DNA of 61,890 nt from Polymyxa betae A26-41 (Eukaryota; Protista; Endomyxa: Phytomyxea): assembly GCA_003693705.1 (NCBI GenBank), contig RBZT01000822.1, positions 1 to 61,890 on the forward strand. Direction: 5' to 3'. The position numbers and the translations under genes were made by a program. Below, in pieces: positions 1 to 11,226 of the stretch. The notes under the pieces are model-generated. The model was not told the DNA's origin and did not search any database. It saw only the letters and a program-made list of their open reading frames with translations. The first letter of the stretch is position 1. Each line of letters begins with the position of its first letter.

Positions 1-58
1 TTTGCGCTCGGCGATTCGGAGGATTTAGCCAGACGCCAAACTAACGATCAAGCCTCTT

Positions 59-246
59 TGACCAAACAAGAGAGTCAAGCATGACCATGCAACACTAGGC
101 GGTCAAAACTCCGTGGCGGCCTTTTCCGATATATGACTGTGCGATAATATTATTGACCAAACTAGAGAGTCAAGCTTGACCATGCGACACTAGGGTCAAA
201 ACTCCGTGGCGGCCTTTTCCGATATATGACAGTGCGATAACATTAT
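59..246 (+). repeat. Tandem direct repeat, 2 x ~94 bp, followed by TATA-like CTATATAAG
   Basis: 59-153 and 154-246 are near-identical (TGACCAAAC.AGAGAGTCAAGC...GGCCTTTTCCGATATATGAC.GTGCGATAA.ATTAT). TATA-like motif at ~251-259. Confidence 0.9.
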
Positions 247-1601
247 ATTTCTATATAAGATGCCACCCGGCTCATAATACATTCATTCTTATATTGCTCT
301 CTTATCCTCAACGTCGACTTCCACATTCGTAGACGCTGTCAGCTGCCTCCGGCAAAGGACCGCTGACCCTCTGCCTCCATCCTCCATCTCTAACAAAACG
401 ATGTGTCTGGAAGCAATGCGACATACGCGAATTCCCCAATCTCTACCCCGAATTTGCCGATTTTCCTAAACCCGGCCCTTTTTTCTGGGGATATCAAAGC
501 GAACCGAGACCAATTTCTTCTAACTGTAATGATCGCAGTACAAATGCATCATCTGAATCGGCCCGTATCAGCGTCGTCTTCGTTTTATTAGCCCCGATCT
601 TTTGTTGAGCTTCCCAAACCGCCTCTGTTTTCTGGGGATCGCTCTAAATTTCGTCACTGGTTCTGCCAAGTTTAAACTACCTGCGTATGCACGCTGGATC
701 TTTCTCTTCGGATACTATGCGAGTTGGAATGTTCACAAGTTTATTGCTGGAGTCTGCCATAACATGGCTTACCCCTTATATCGAGAGCATATCGCCTGTA
801 TTAGATAATTGCAATCGTGTTCGAGATGCGTCGTATGTTTGATGACCCGGATCGAGAAAGGAATTCCTTCAAGTCGTCTTCGTCCAAGAAAGCAGCCGAA
901 CCAGAACCTATGGTAATGCAGGCCGGCAAGATTTCGTTGCAGAATCACTACGGAAGTGTTACGGTTCCCGATGCTACTAATAATACCAAACAGGCGCTGT
1001 TTTGATAATTCGTTTCAAACACCATCACTAAATGACGCTATATTCTTTATATCAGTACTGAATTGCCAACCGTTAACTTCAAGATGATTGACCTTGGTCA
1101 TCTCAAAGATCGCCTGAATATTGAGCTATCAGATTTGTCACAACTACATGCACTCACAATTTCAAATGTGTTATCACTGGCAATCCGGGTTGTGGAAATT
1201 GTTAAGTCGGAGATCGAGTCCTATCATGGCAGATGTAAAGGGCATCAACAGCCATAGTAATCCTACCATTGTTCGTCTATTCTTCAAAGAACAACCAGCG
1301 AAGAAAGAATTGGTGGATTCCATTGAAGATATGCGAACTTTAGTGGTTAAGACGCTTCAGCGAGCGACGTTAGCTGTTTTTATCAGTCCAAACGCGTTTC
1401 AGTTCGGGCAACGTTGTTCAACAACATTACTAAAACGATGTTGGTATCTTCCGGGACCACTCGGAAGGACTGGGACGTTTCTATGCGTACTTCAGTCGGA
1501 TGCTGTTGTAAATATGGATCGCATAGCGTCATTGTTACGTAGATGGGGCTTCACGGCTGGTGATAAAGCAGCCGTTGAACGATTAGAGACAATGATGACG
1601 A

Positions 1602-2078
1602 GAGGTAGTAACGTTACCGTATAGAACGCTGATATGAACTTGGTTGTACGGGATAAGGCCTTCAATGATATAGCCACTGCAGAGCCAATGGTTGCATTCG
1701 ATCAAGCGAAGAATGACAGACATTCGACCAGGGTTTGAAAAATTTTGAATTTTAGAGGAGGATTCCGGGATGATCGAAAGTAATGGCATCAAACATCTGT
1801 ATCTGACACGATCACAATACATCATCATACTACCGAAGCCAATCCCGTTCAGTTACATGATTAAGCTTTAATAAAGAATTTATGTGAGCAGAACATGACA
1901 ACAGTAATCAGGAACAGCAATCAGAATGACAACGACTGAGGTAACGTTACCCTATAGCACGATGAGATCGACTTGGTTCAATGGGTGATCTTCAACGACA
2001 GCCACAGCAGAACCAATGGTTTGTTTCGATTAAGCGAGAAATTGAAAATATTCGACCAGGGTTTCAAACATTATGAAA
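1602..2078 (+). repeat. Diverged direct repeat of ~140-150 bp (1602-1750 vs 1938-2078)
   Basis: Shared blocks GTAACGTTACC.TATAG, CTTCAA, AGCCAC.GCAGA.CCAATGGTT, ATTCGACCAGGGTTT in the same order. Confidence 0.8.
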
Positions 2079-2862
2079 GATCATGGATTCCAGCCTTGAA
2101 CGACCTCATCCATAGGCATCGGACACGATCATAGTAACAACATGATCGTATGAGCGACGAGTCGATTGAAATACAAAAGTTAAAAAAAATACAGGGAAAA
2201 CATAGGAACGATAACAGCGGGCTCCAAGAAAATAAGCCGGTATGGCACGTTATATAACAAAAACGTCCACGGCGAGATCGGGAGCGAACTCGCGACTTCC
2301 CTGGTCAATCAGTGCCTTCATATACAAAGCAACAATCAGGAGAATATAAGCAAGGTAAATAAGAAGAATTTGGCTGCTAAAATAAAAGCCGACTTCGAAA
2401 AGAGATGCCGGTTAGGGTTGGGTTCCTGATGTGGTGAGGACGGCAGCGAGATCGGGATTGAACTCGCGACGATTCTGTTTCGGCGCAGTGTCAAGATCTA
2501 AACGAATGATGAGTCGAAATCCATTGGGATAGCACGGCTAGAATAAGAGAGAATCAAGTCCTAGTTTGAGATTCGTTTTGATCGAGATCTGCTGGTTATC
2601 GATGCTACTTAGGCGTTGCGAGAACGCATACAATGAAGGAAACGATTTCAAAATGTCCAAAAAAACTATTTGTTGAATCCTCAGCACAACCTTTATCTAA
2701 CCCACTAAATAACAAAAATTTAATTACAATTCATAACTTTAAATACTATTCATAAAATAAATTTCGTTCTTTGAAATAAAAAGAATGAGTTCCCTTTAAG
2801 ATTTAAGTTTAGCTATTGGCAGTATGACATCGGTGTATTGAGATTGTAGGCAGTGAGACTGT

Positions 2863-4206
2863 TTACATGAGGACCAGAGCGACATCCTGCGATTCGATCT
2901 CCGGGCATTTCCAATTAAACAGATAGTAGTGCAGGTTACCATCACCGACCCCGAACTTAAGCGATTCGAAGAATTCGCGATTATCCTATGTGGTGGCAAT
3001 CAGCAGGCCGATCCGAAACCCTAAAACCCTAACCGACCATCACGCTCAGCGCATTGAACACATCGAATCCGTTCAGATGAGCGAGAATCAGGGCGTCCTT
3101 CATCAACGCCGACCACGACACCGACGTCGCCACATTATAGAACGAAAACGCCGCCCTCAACGTCGTATGCTGCGGATGGTTCAAGATCGTCGACGGCAGG
3201 CAGTAGAACGAGATCAGGTCGGTGACGCACTGGTCGTGTACGACCACGTACGAGTAGACGACGTTGTCGCGCGGCAGGAACCAGTGCGCGAACTCGTCCT
3301 CGGACATCTGCGGGCTGAGTTTGAACCGCGACGAATAGTCGGCCAGCAGCTGGCGAGCGTCCGGGACATCCTCGCGACGCATCGGACGCAGACCCGGTGT
3401 CGTTGTCGTCCCGTCCAGCGCGTACAGGCGCATGATCATCTTCAGGGTCATGCGGCGCGGCAGCTGCGAGAATCCGACCTGTGTCTTGGGGGTTAGCTAG
3501 GGTTTACGGTTTCGAAAGGACATGGACCTCGATCAGCTTCTTGGGATTCAGCGACCGATGATAGTACCGATTGCGGGCGACGGGCTTCGGGAGCAGGGCG
3601 CCGGCCGTGTACGCCGCCTGCCAGATATCGGTGCGATTCACACGTCGGGTGATCTCGCGGATCAGGACGGGCGCCAGACGCCGCGATCGCAGCTTCTTAT
3701 GGACGCAGAGATAGTTGATCTCGACCATGGTCACGTCGTGGCCGTGGACCTGGACGCGGGCCGGTATGGCCGAGATGAACGCCACGAGCTTGCCGCTGGC
3801 CTTGACGCGGACGGCCGGGTGCCAGTCGCGCCGGAATCCGGGCGGCATCAGCGCCCAGCGCAGGAAGTCGCGCGAGTAATCGAATCTGTGTGCGAACGGG
3901 GGTGGGGTTAGGGTTTTAGGGTTTCACGAGGGGGCCGAACCGAAACATGGCGTCGTTGTCTTCGACGTAGTTCTTGGTGAGCAGGTCGTAGACCTGATCG
4001 ACCTCGCCCTCGTCCGTCATGTCCACGTCGTACCATTCGTATGCGTCCGGCAGCGCGTACGGCGTCGCGCGCACGTCGTCGACGGTCTTGGCGGCGTCGA
4101 TCGGGCCGTGCTGATCGACGCCGTCGGCGAACGTCTCGCCCAGCCTCGGGACCGGCTGTGTGTCCCAGAACGCATGAACCGGATTCTGGGCGCCGTCGTC
4201 CTCCAT
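2863..4206 (-). CDS. NMT: Glycylpeptide N-tetradecanoyltransferase (N-myristoyltransferase), 4 exons; introns 3886-3940, 3479-3527, 2986-3037
   Basis: Motifs [78 protein letters not shown] splicing restores the frame at all three junctions. Confidence 0.97.
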
Positions 4207-4374
4207 CTCAGCCTTGGAAACCCAATCGACGGAGTGACGATAGAATGGCGGAAAGCATCAAACTCCGTATGTTTGGTGGCCCTCTGTTTTTTATGACAAA
4301 TCGAGGCTTTATTTTTTCTACAATTTGTCGGCGTTGTTATAGATTATTTGGAGTGATGATGCCGATATGGGGCG

Positions 4375-5084
4375 TTATTGTGCAGGGAGAGGCGCGTTCG
4401 GGAATTGTGGAGGCATCATAGGTGGAGGAGCACCGAATTGTGGCGGCGGCATGTTGGGAGGGCCAGCTGGAGGGAATGGGAACGGAGGGACACCACCGGG
4501 GAACCCCTGAGCATTCCATTCAACTTTCTCGTACTTTTCAACGTTTTTTGGAGTATAAAAAAAGCTTATAAAAAATGCACAAATGAAAGATGTTGCAATG
4601 CGGCACAGGTCGCTAGTTACTAATAAATGTAACAAGACATTTTCTCGAAGAGATAGGCTAAAACCATATATAAAGAGAGAGTATCGAAAATGATTCTAAT
4701 TTCGACATCAGCAAATGAGCAGCAACGAGTAATCAAATCAAACAAGAAAATCAAAACCGAGTTGGAGCTTTTAAACCCTCGCAATAAAGGATGTCCAAAA
4801 AGAAATAAATTGCCCAAGTTATTGATGCAAGCTAGAAGATAGAATCGTACCTGAGGAGGCGGTATCATGCCTGGCCTGAAGCCCGGGGGTGGCGGTCCAG
4901 GAGGCATAGGCATGGGGGGCATGCAGGCATACGGAATGCCACCAGGTCCATGGGTCATCATAAACTGGGAGAAATACATACGAATATTGTCCTGGTGCTT
5001 CTTGCCCCGATTATGCTGCTTTCGGCCCTGGAACGAATCATGCGTCAGGAAGCGATCGCAGTAGTCGCAGTAGTATTTTGGCAT
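4375..5084 (-). CDS. SNRPC: U1 snRNP protein C; one 344-nt intron (4507-4850)
   Basis: [17 protein letters not shown]...[10 protein letters not shown] zinc finger and Pro/Met/Gly-rich tail. Splicing PPQ|GFPGG is in frame. Confidence 0.95.
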
Positions 5085-5473
5085 CGGGCCAGGCGCTAAT
5101 GATCCGAGGTCGTCTTGTCAGCCGTTTACTGAGTTCTGGGAAGACAACACGAAATCACAGCTCAGAAACAGTGATAGAGCCAACTTCCGAGGTTCTTCCC
5201 AATTAGAAAATAAAACAGCGCAACGGACAACCACAACTTTTTCGAACTTTTTCTTCAAAGCAGGAGATTTGCACGAAATGTTTACAGGAATTTATTACTA
5301 AACCTAAGCGATGCTAAGACGCATAAAGCCTGCATATCGCTATTAAAGACGAAATGAACCGACCTCTTATCCTTTGTCGTCAATAAGTGCAACATCAAGA
5401 AAATCATCAGCTATTGGACCTAGCTCGAACTCCCGGCCTTGCACTCTTTTACAATCTGCATCATTGCTTAGCA

Positions 5474-7327
5474 TCAGTTTGAAATCAGCAATGCAAACCG
5501 CCTACGTGCTTCAAGTAGCGCTGTTAGTCTCTCCTCCGTCCCCCGATCTAGATCGAAGATCCTGGCAAAATTCTTGCCCAATATTTCTGCATTGGAGTCT
5601 TCATAAATCGATATCTGGCCTTTTCGACCATGGCCAATGTTAACGTCGACACATAAAAGCGGATCTGGACGCCTCCGCGATTGCAATAGCTTCTCATACC
5701 ATCGCGAATATCGGTCTTGAATCAAAGAGCGTTTCGTTCCTTCTGGACGACTCGTCGATGCGATTCGAGCGACTCTTCTCTCGCGACGATCGTACCGCTC
5801 CACGAACTGTTGGCCCAGATGGTCGTGCTCGGCCTTTTTCCGTAAGCGCTGCCTGAATGCTCGACGTGAACGTTCAACGGTCTCTTGAAATCCACGCGGA
5901 AGAGGCCGATCTTGTGTGACAGCCGCCGGGACCGACTTCATGTGGAATGGGCGATACGGGACGGGAGATTCCGATCGCGCGCGTTGTTGGCGACGGCGAT
6001 TCTCGACCTGGTGAACTCCAATCTCATAAAGCCGTTCAAAGCGCGATTTAGAATCATAGGAGAGATTGCATCGTAACGGCTTCTTGTTTACCGCTGGACA
6101 GAACGTGCACCCATCCAACTCAGTCTCGTACTTCCTGGCTTCGTCTGCATCGCGACGACGCTGAGCTTCGCGAGCATGCTGTTGAAGCTCTTCGGTGAAT
6201 CTTCGCAAACCTGCCCTTCACATTAACCGTGAACTTCTTCAATGGATTGCAAAACTACCTGACTGTTGACGACGCCGACGGGCGAGTTTCTCTGATCGTG
6301 GAGTTATTTCAGGATGGAAATCGAACTCGTCTTCAGATGACTGCTGTGTATGACGGATCGGTTGCATCAAACGGATGAGATTAGCGTTTTCATTGAGACC
6401 GCGAGCGATAATTGACATGAAAGCTGTATCTAGGCCGATGTCGAAAGCATTCTTACGACGCTTGGCTTTGTTACGAGAAGGGATTTCAGAAGCTTCATCG
6501 ATAAATTGCTTTTCGAACACGGTCGGCTCATGAGCTGGATTCAGCAAGCGTAATAATATCGGAAACGTGACCACGATAATATAACGATAAAACGTCGTAA
6601 ACGTTATGCAATTGGAATCAGAGCCTGGATCCTTTGTTACAATATCCCAAAATCGATGAAAAAGTTTGTTCGTTTTCGAAGATCTCTCAGATTGTTGTTG
6701 CTTGATGATCGCAAGCTCGTCTAGCAGTTTCAGAAACTCTTCCTTATTGATCTTTTGAGTATTATTACTGTCGAATCGTTCGAACTTTTCCAGTAGATTC
6801 CGTTTCATTTTTCGAACGAGAAGCAACTTGGAATCCTCGGTGGTGCCAGCTACCCTAGTTTGTTCATCAGAAACCTGCCTGGCCTGGGTTCGCCTTTGCT
6901 CTAAATGTGATCGAATCATGGCTGCATCTGCATATAAAACATCCTCCACTCTCCTCGAATTATCACGGCAACTGTTCCGTTTTTCAGCGAATTTCTTCTT
7001 GACTTTAAATTCGTCTTCGATAATCTCGGACAAAATCTCATCGGTTCGATGATGTCTAACCGAACTCAAACGCCGTGATTGCTTGTCTTGAATAGATCGT
7101 CGTGATGAACACCTAGATAGCTGCATGGAATGATGTCGATTCCGAGGGCTGGAACTTCTTGAAGAACTGTGACCCAACTCAAGAAGTTCCAGGTTTGAGC
7201 CACTAAACGAGCGATGCAAGCCTCCAATCCGATCAAACGTCGGTAGGTGAGGATCGTCGGCGCCGGCATCAAATCTATCCTGTTCCTCGGGGCGTTCCTC
7301 ATCAAAGGCATCTGAGTGAAGGCTCAT
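5474..7327 (-). CDS. Uncharacterised coiled-coil protein with an EF-hand-like motif and F-x-P-x-I/V repeats (2 exons)
   Basis: ORFs 6239-7327 and 5474-6208 joined by a short intron. FDSNNTQKINKEEF EF-hand-like loop; FHPEIT and FCPAVN repeats; C-terminal LLCVDVNIG...NFARIF block. Confidence 0.65.
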
Positions 7328-7500
7328 GAATTTAAAGCATATCGGGACCGGATCTCGACCAGCAAGCTATCCTTCACCGTACATGAGACGATCCAGCTCG
7401 TACACGCTTCTAGGAGCGCTGATAATCGCGACATTTGAGACAAGGAGATAAAGAGATGGAAAGGAGAATGGAGAGAAATGGGATCATGGCCAAAGGGACA

Positions 7501-7638
7501 TCTGACTTGAGGAGGCCGAGCACAATCTTAACAGATGACCATTTCGTTGACAAATCGCCATTGGGAGTTGGGAGAGCCAGGTGCTCTGTCTGACCTTTGA
7601 TGAGGCCGAGCACTATCTTGACAGATGACCGTTTTGTT
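7501..7638 (+). repeat. Duplicated ~48-bp segment (7501-7548, 7589-7638)
   Basis: TCTGAC..TGA.GAGGCCGAGCAC.ATCTT.ACAGATGACC occurs twice. Confidence 0.85.
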
Positions 7639-7806
7639 TTATAACGACGTAAAAACTCTCTTCACCCTTGGTTTATTGTCTTGATCCCTGCATAGGGTAA
7701 TTCTTGTACCATGGCAATAGTGTGTAATCCATATTGATATTTTAAAGTAGCGCTCAGGAGCCCACCACAAAGCACACTAATTTGCACTTAAAAATAGCTA
7801 TGTTGT

Positions 7807-9117
7807 TTATTGTTGATCAGAATCTGTGTTCTCCTGGAATCTGCAGATGTGAATACCATTACGTCCTGCTTTCTCTACAGACCATCTGCCAAGACGTGGC
7901 TCCTGTCCGACAGCACAGACAGCGAACTTCCCGGTTCTGGCCAGGGCGATGCCATTGATGAACCCGGGCACAGCGGCAGTTGCAACTTGAACAATCTTCT
8001 CCGCCGAGACTTGCCAAAGCCTTAGGAATCCATCAGAAGCTCCAGATGCAGCCAGGTCTGTAAATGGACAAGCATGAACTGCATTTATCCAGTGCTGGCC
8101 ATGAGCTTCGGTAGCCGACAGAGCGGGCTTCTTCTTCATCGCACGATAAACGGCAATGGTTCCAGATTGATCGCCAGAAATGAACTGCGATTCGCTAAGC
8201 ATGGCAACACCATCGATATTGGAAGCACGATTCCTGTAGACAAGCTGTGTCTGCTCGGCGATCTTAAAGAGGCGAACGGTGCCATCGAGCCCGGCAGATA
8301 AAACTCGATCGTGATTTAGCGACGCCACGCTCGTAACAGGCGACTGGTGCCCAAACAATGTATCAACATAAGCTTGAGCTTCGATGTCCCAGATTTTGAT
8401 CGTACGATCCGAGGATCCGGAAAAGAGCTGCGGTGAGTTCCGTCTCCAAGCTAGAGACGTAACCGCATCGCGATGATGAACGAACTTTTGTGTCGCTTTC
8501 TGTGGGGTACGAGAATCCCATAATCGGACAATCTTGTCTCTTCCGCCGGTAGCGATCATGTTGCCATCGGCGCTGCAAAAACATGAAGCAAGAAGTTCAT
8601 CATCGTCTTGGGTGATGGATAGTTTCCTTCCGGTGGAAATATCCCAGAGAATCCAGGACCCGTCTTTTGAACACGAAACAGCACGCGTGTCATCGGCATT
8701 TAGGCTAACAGATGTAGCACTGTGTTTGTGACCACGATAAATGGTGGTATTGATCTCACCAATAGAGGCGGCGATTCGACGATGTAGGGTACCTTTGGCA
8801 CTTCTAACTGCATCAACCAGATGCCTCTGTAGTCGATCTGCGACATCATCGCCGCTACCTTCGTCATCTGAATCTTTTTGGTTCAAATGCTCGACTCTGT
8901 TTAGGTATTGTTTCGCCAACCGAACACGTTTTTCGTCAGCTGTTTCTTCTTCTGATGTATCTGATTTCTGGCCGTCGTCGTCGTTATCGGACATAGCAAC
9001 CTCCTCGTCAAGCTCAGATTCAACCAAAGAAGAATCCTCATCGCTGACAATTTCAACAGTCGGCTTGGGTTTCTGTTTGGAGACTAGAGATCTGGCTCTT
9101 TTCCTAGCCCCAGCCAT
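7807..9117 (-). CDS. RRP9: U3 snoRNP-associated WD40 protein (U3-55K/Rrp9)
   Basis: Acidic N-terminus, EETADEKRVRLAKQYL, WD repeats, YVDTLFGHQ, AVGQEPRLGRW. Intronless. Confidence 0.93.
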   Translation of the reverse strand: MAGARKRARSLVSKQKPKPTVEIVSDEDSSLVESELDEEVAMSDNDDDGQKSDTSEEETADEKRVRLAKQYLNRVEHLNQKDSDDEGSGDDVADRLQRHLVDAVRSAKGTLHRRIAASIGEINTTIYRGHKHSATSVSLNADDTRAVSCSKDGSWILWDISTGRKLSITQDDDELLASCFCSADGNMIATGGRDKIVRLWDSRTPQKATQKFVHHRDAVTSLAWRRNSPQLFSGSSDRTIKIWDIEAQAYVDTLFGHQSPVTSVASLNHDRVLSAGLDGTVRLFKIAEQTQLVYRNRASNIDGVAMLSESQFISGDQSGTIAVYRAMKKKPALSATEAHGQHWINAVHACPFTDLAASGASDGFLRLWQVSAEKIVQVATAAVPGFINGIALARTGKFAVCAVGQEPRLGRWSVEKAGRNGIHICRFQENTDSDQQ

Positions 9118-9347
9118 TCTCGACAATTATTCAGATAATGTCTTCGACAACCCAGCTCCGATCTCAAATCTTTTGGATTCGGTCTCCGTCACGGACTTCC
9201 ACGCAGAGTTTGAAAAAATGGTGAAATTTTTGAACGAAATGCCTGTCTAGATATCCTTCGAAAGCGACAACTAGAGTAGACATTAGTTCAAAAAATGTTT
9301 GACTGCATTATAGTACTTTTGGAGATGTGGTAGATAATATATCACGA

Positions 9348-11226
9348 TTATGTTATTGATTGAACAAGCTGTAAATGGCTACGCCTGATCTTGAGCCCAT
9401 CACCCCGTTGCATGTCAAGAACTTGCTGAGCACGAATAGTGTCTTTCGCTTTAATGAGTGCTTTCAACAACGTTCGATATGTCGCAGGATGTATCCGGTT
9501 TCGACCAGGACGATACCGTTCACTCTCGGAAACCAGCTGAACAGCGTCCTCCAGTAGACCGAGACGAAGCAGTAGTCGTATTGCAAACGAGCAAACTGCT
9601 CCATCAACCCTGACTCGTCCCTTGAGTTCTTTTACAAGATATTTTGTGTGATGCCAATGGTCTAGGTCTTTTCCAGCACAATATTCGTACACAGCAATAA
9701 GAGTTACAGAATCGGGGCTGATCTGAACATATTTAAACAATCAGGTAAATGAAAGCGAGATTGGAGACTGATACCTTATCTTTGAACAACAATCGTTGCA
9801 AGAATTGTTCAAATTCCTGTCCAACTGCTGAACGTAGTACCAGATTATAAATGGCCGTGAGAGCTCTAGTGTTAGGAGCTACATGGAAAAGACCACGATT
9901 TCTCATGTCATTGAAAAAATCTAACAATCTGATAGCCAAGTCGTATGATCTTGTCTTGGCCATTGTCAGCAATGCAAATCGAAAGTGATCAGGTGTAGGG
10001 CGAAGGTCTCCAGAGTTCGTGCCTCGTGGCAGCAGAATCAATGCCTCTCCAATATTTTTGTGACACACACGTAATCTTGCTGTCACATCTTGGACATTTA
10101 ACTCAGTGAGCTGCTGGGTTAATGCCGTCATAGTATCCAATCTATCGCGCCCGAATTCAGCATAAACATGCAATAAAGCACGATAATCATCATGTGCGAA
10201 TTTGACTTTGAAATGCACCAAAGCGGTTTCGACAGCACGTAAATGGAATAGAGCGGTCTTTCGGTCATGGGTGTTTGCACAAGCCTTAACCATGGACACT
10301 GCATACTCTGGTTTGAATTCGACGCCTAGGTCACAGATTAGGCGCAAGCCTTCTGCAGGCATAGCTCCACGCGCACATGCTTCTAGAATCAATCCGGTTT
10401 CGACATCGACATTGCTTTGAATTATATACTTCATCAAACGCTTAGTAACGCGCCTAATTACGCTTTGGTGAGCGCTTGAGCGAATGATAGTATGCAGCAA
10501 ATCTGAGAATATTTGTGCATCAGGGCATAATGAGCTCCGCACACAGCCCTCGTAAATCTCAAGTATATCCGCTAGTGACGATCCGGAACGATCAATCTCA
10601 AATACGCCAGAAAATGCAGAAGCTTTGAGCCCGATTTCGAATGCTCGAATCAGATCCATCAACGGCACAATCTGAGAATGCGTATTGGTTGCTAGACGTG
10701 CATGGATAATATGGGGAGCAGCTCTTTCTATAGCTTCGAGATCAGCCCGACATAGCAAAGCAAATTGAAGAGCGCCCATAACAGCAGCGTCAGGTTTTTC
10801 AGCAACAATTTCAATAGCTTTACAGAGAAGCGCAGATGACCAGTGCGATGCAGATGACACAGCATCTAGCGATATTTTCGAAGATGCGACAAGCTTCAAT
10901 AAGATTGCTGCCTCCCGATCACGGCTGGCAAAGAACGAGCATAACGCCTGCATTGTAGGCCGATCAAAATGCACTGACGCGAAAACGACATGACGATAGA
11001 CAGCATCAGAAATAGTCACATTATGGTATCGCCATTGAAGCAGCCTCGTGACTGTTTCAGATACCATGCCTGACGACAGATACGACGACAGAAGCTTGAT
11101 TTGTTCTGCATCGGTCTGTGGATAAACCGCCTCTGCTGTCGATATTGGTCGCGAACATCGCCCAGAGATTGCTAATGGATGACGACGAGTAGAATATGAT
11201 ATGAGACGCCTAAAGACAGCAGCCAT
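9348..11226 (-). CDS. Helical-repeat (PPR-like) protein with a putative mitochondrial presequence, 2 exons
   Basis: Long ORF 9733-11346 plus 9348-9740. MAAVFRRLISYSTRR presequence-like start; PPR-like motifs PDAQIFSDLL, PDSVTLIAV, TYRTLLKAL. Confidence 0.55.

Noticed and set aside
2272-2492. Intact tRNA genes
   Set aside because: Only T-arm/B-box-like halves; no acceptor stem or D-arm can be folded.
2986-3940. True chromosome end or telomere array
   Set aside because: Only about 2.5 repeat units per site, embedded in introns of an intact gene.
2990-4421. Plus-strand ORFs overlapping NMT
   Set aside because: Antisense shadows of GC-rich codon usage; same for shadow ORFs over rotatin, PPAN, NBS1 and SCP2.
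7598-7612. TGATGAGGCCGA resembling a hammerhead ribozyme core
   Set aside because: Lacks the C of CUGAUGA, a closing stem II and the GAAA strand.
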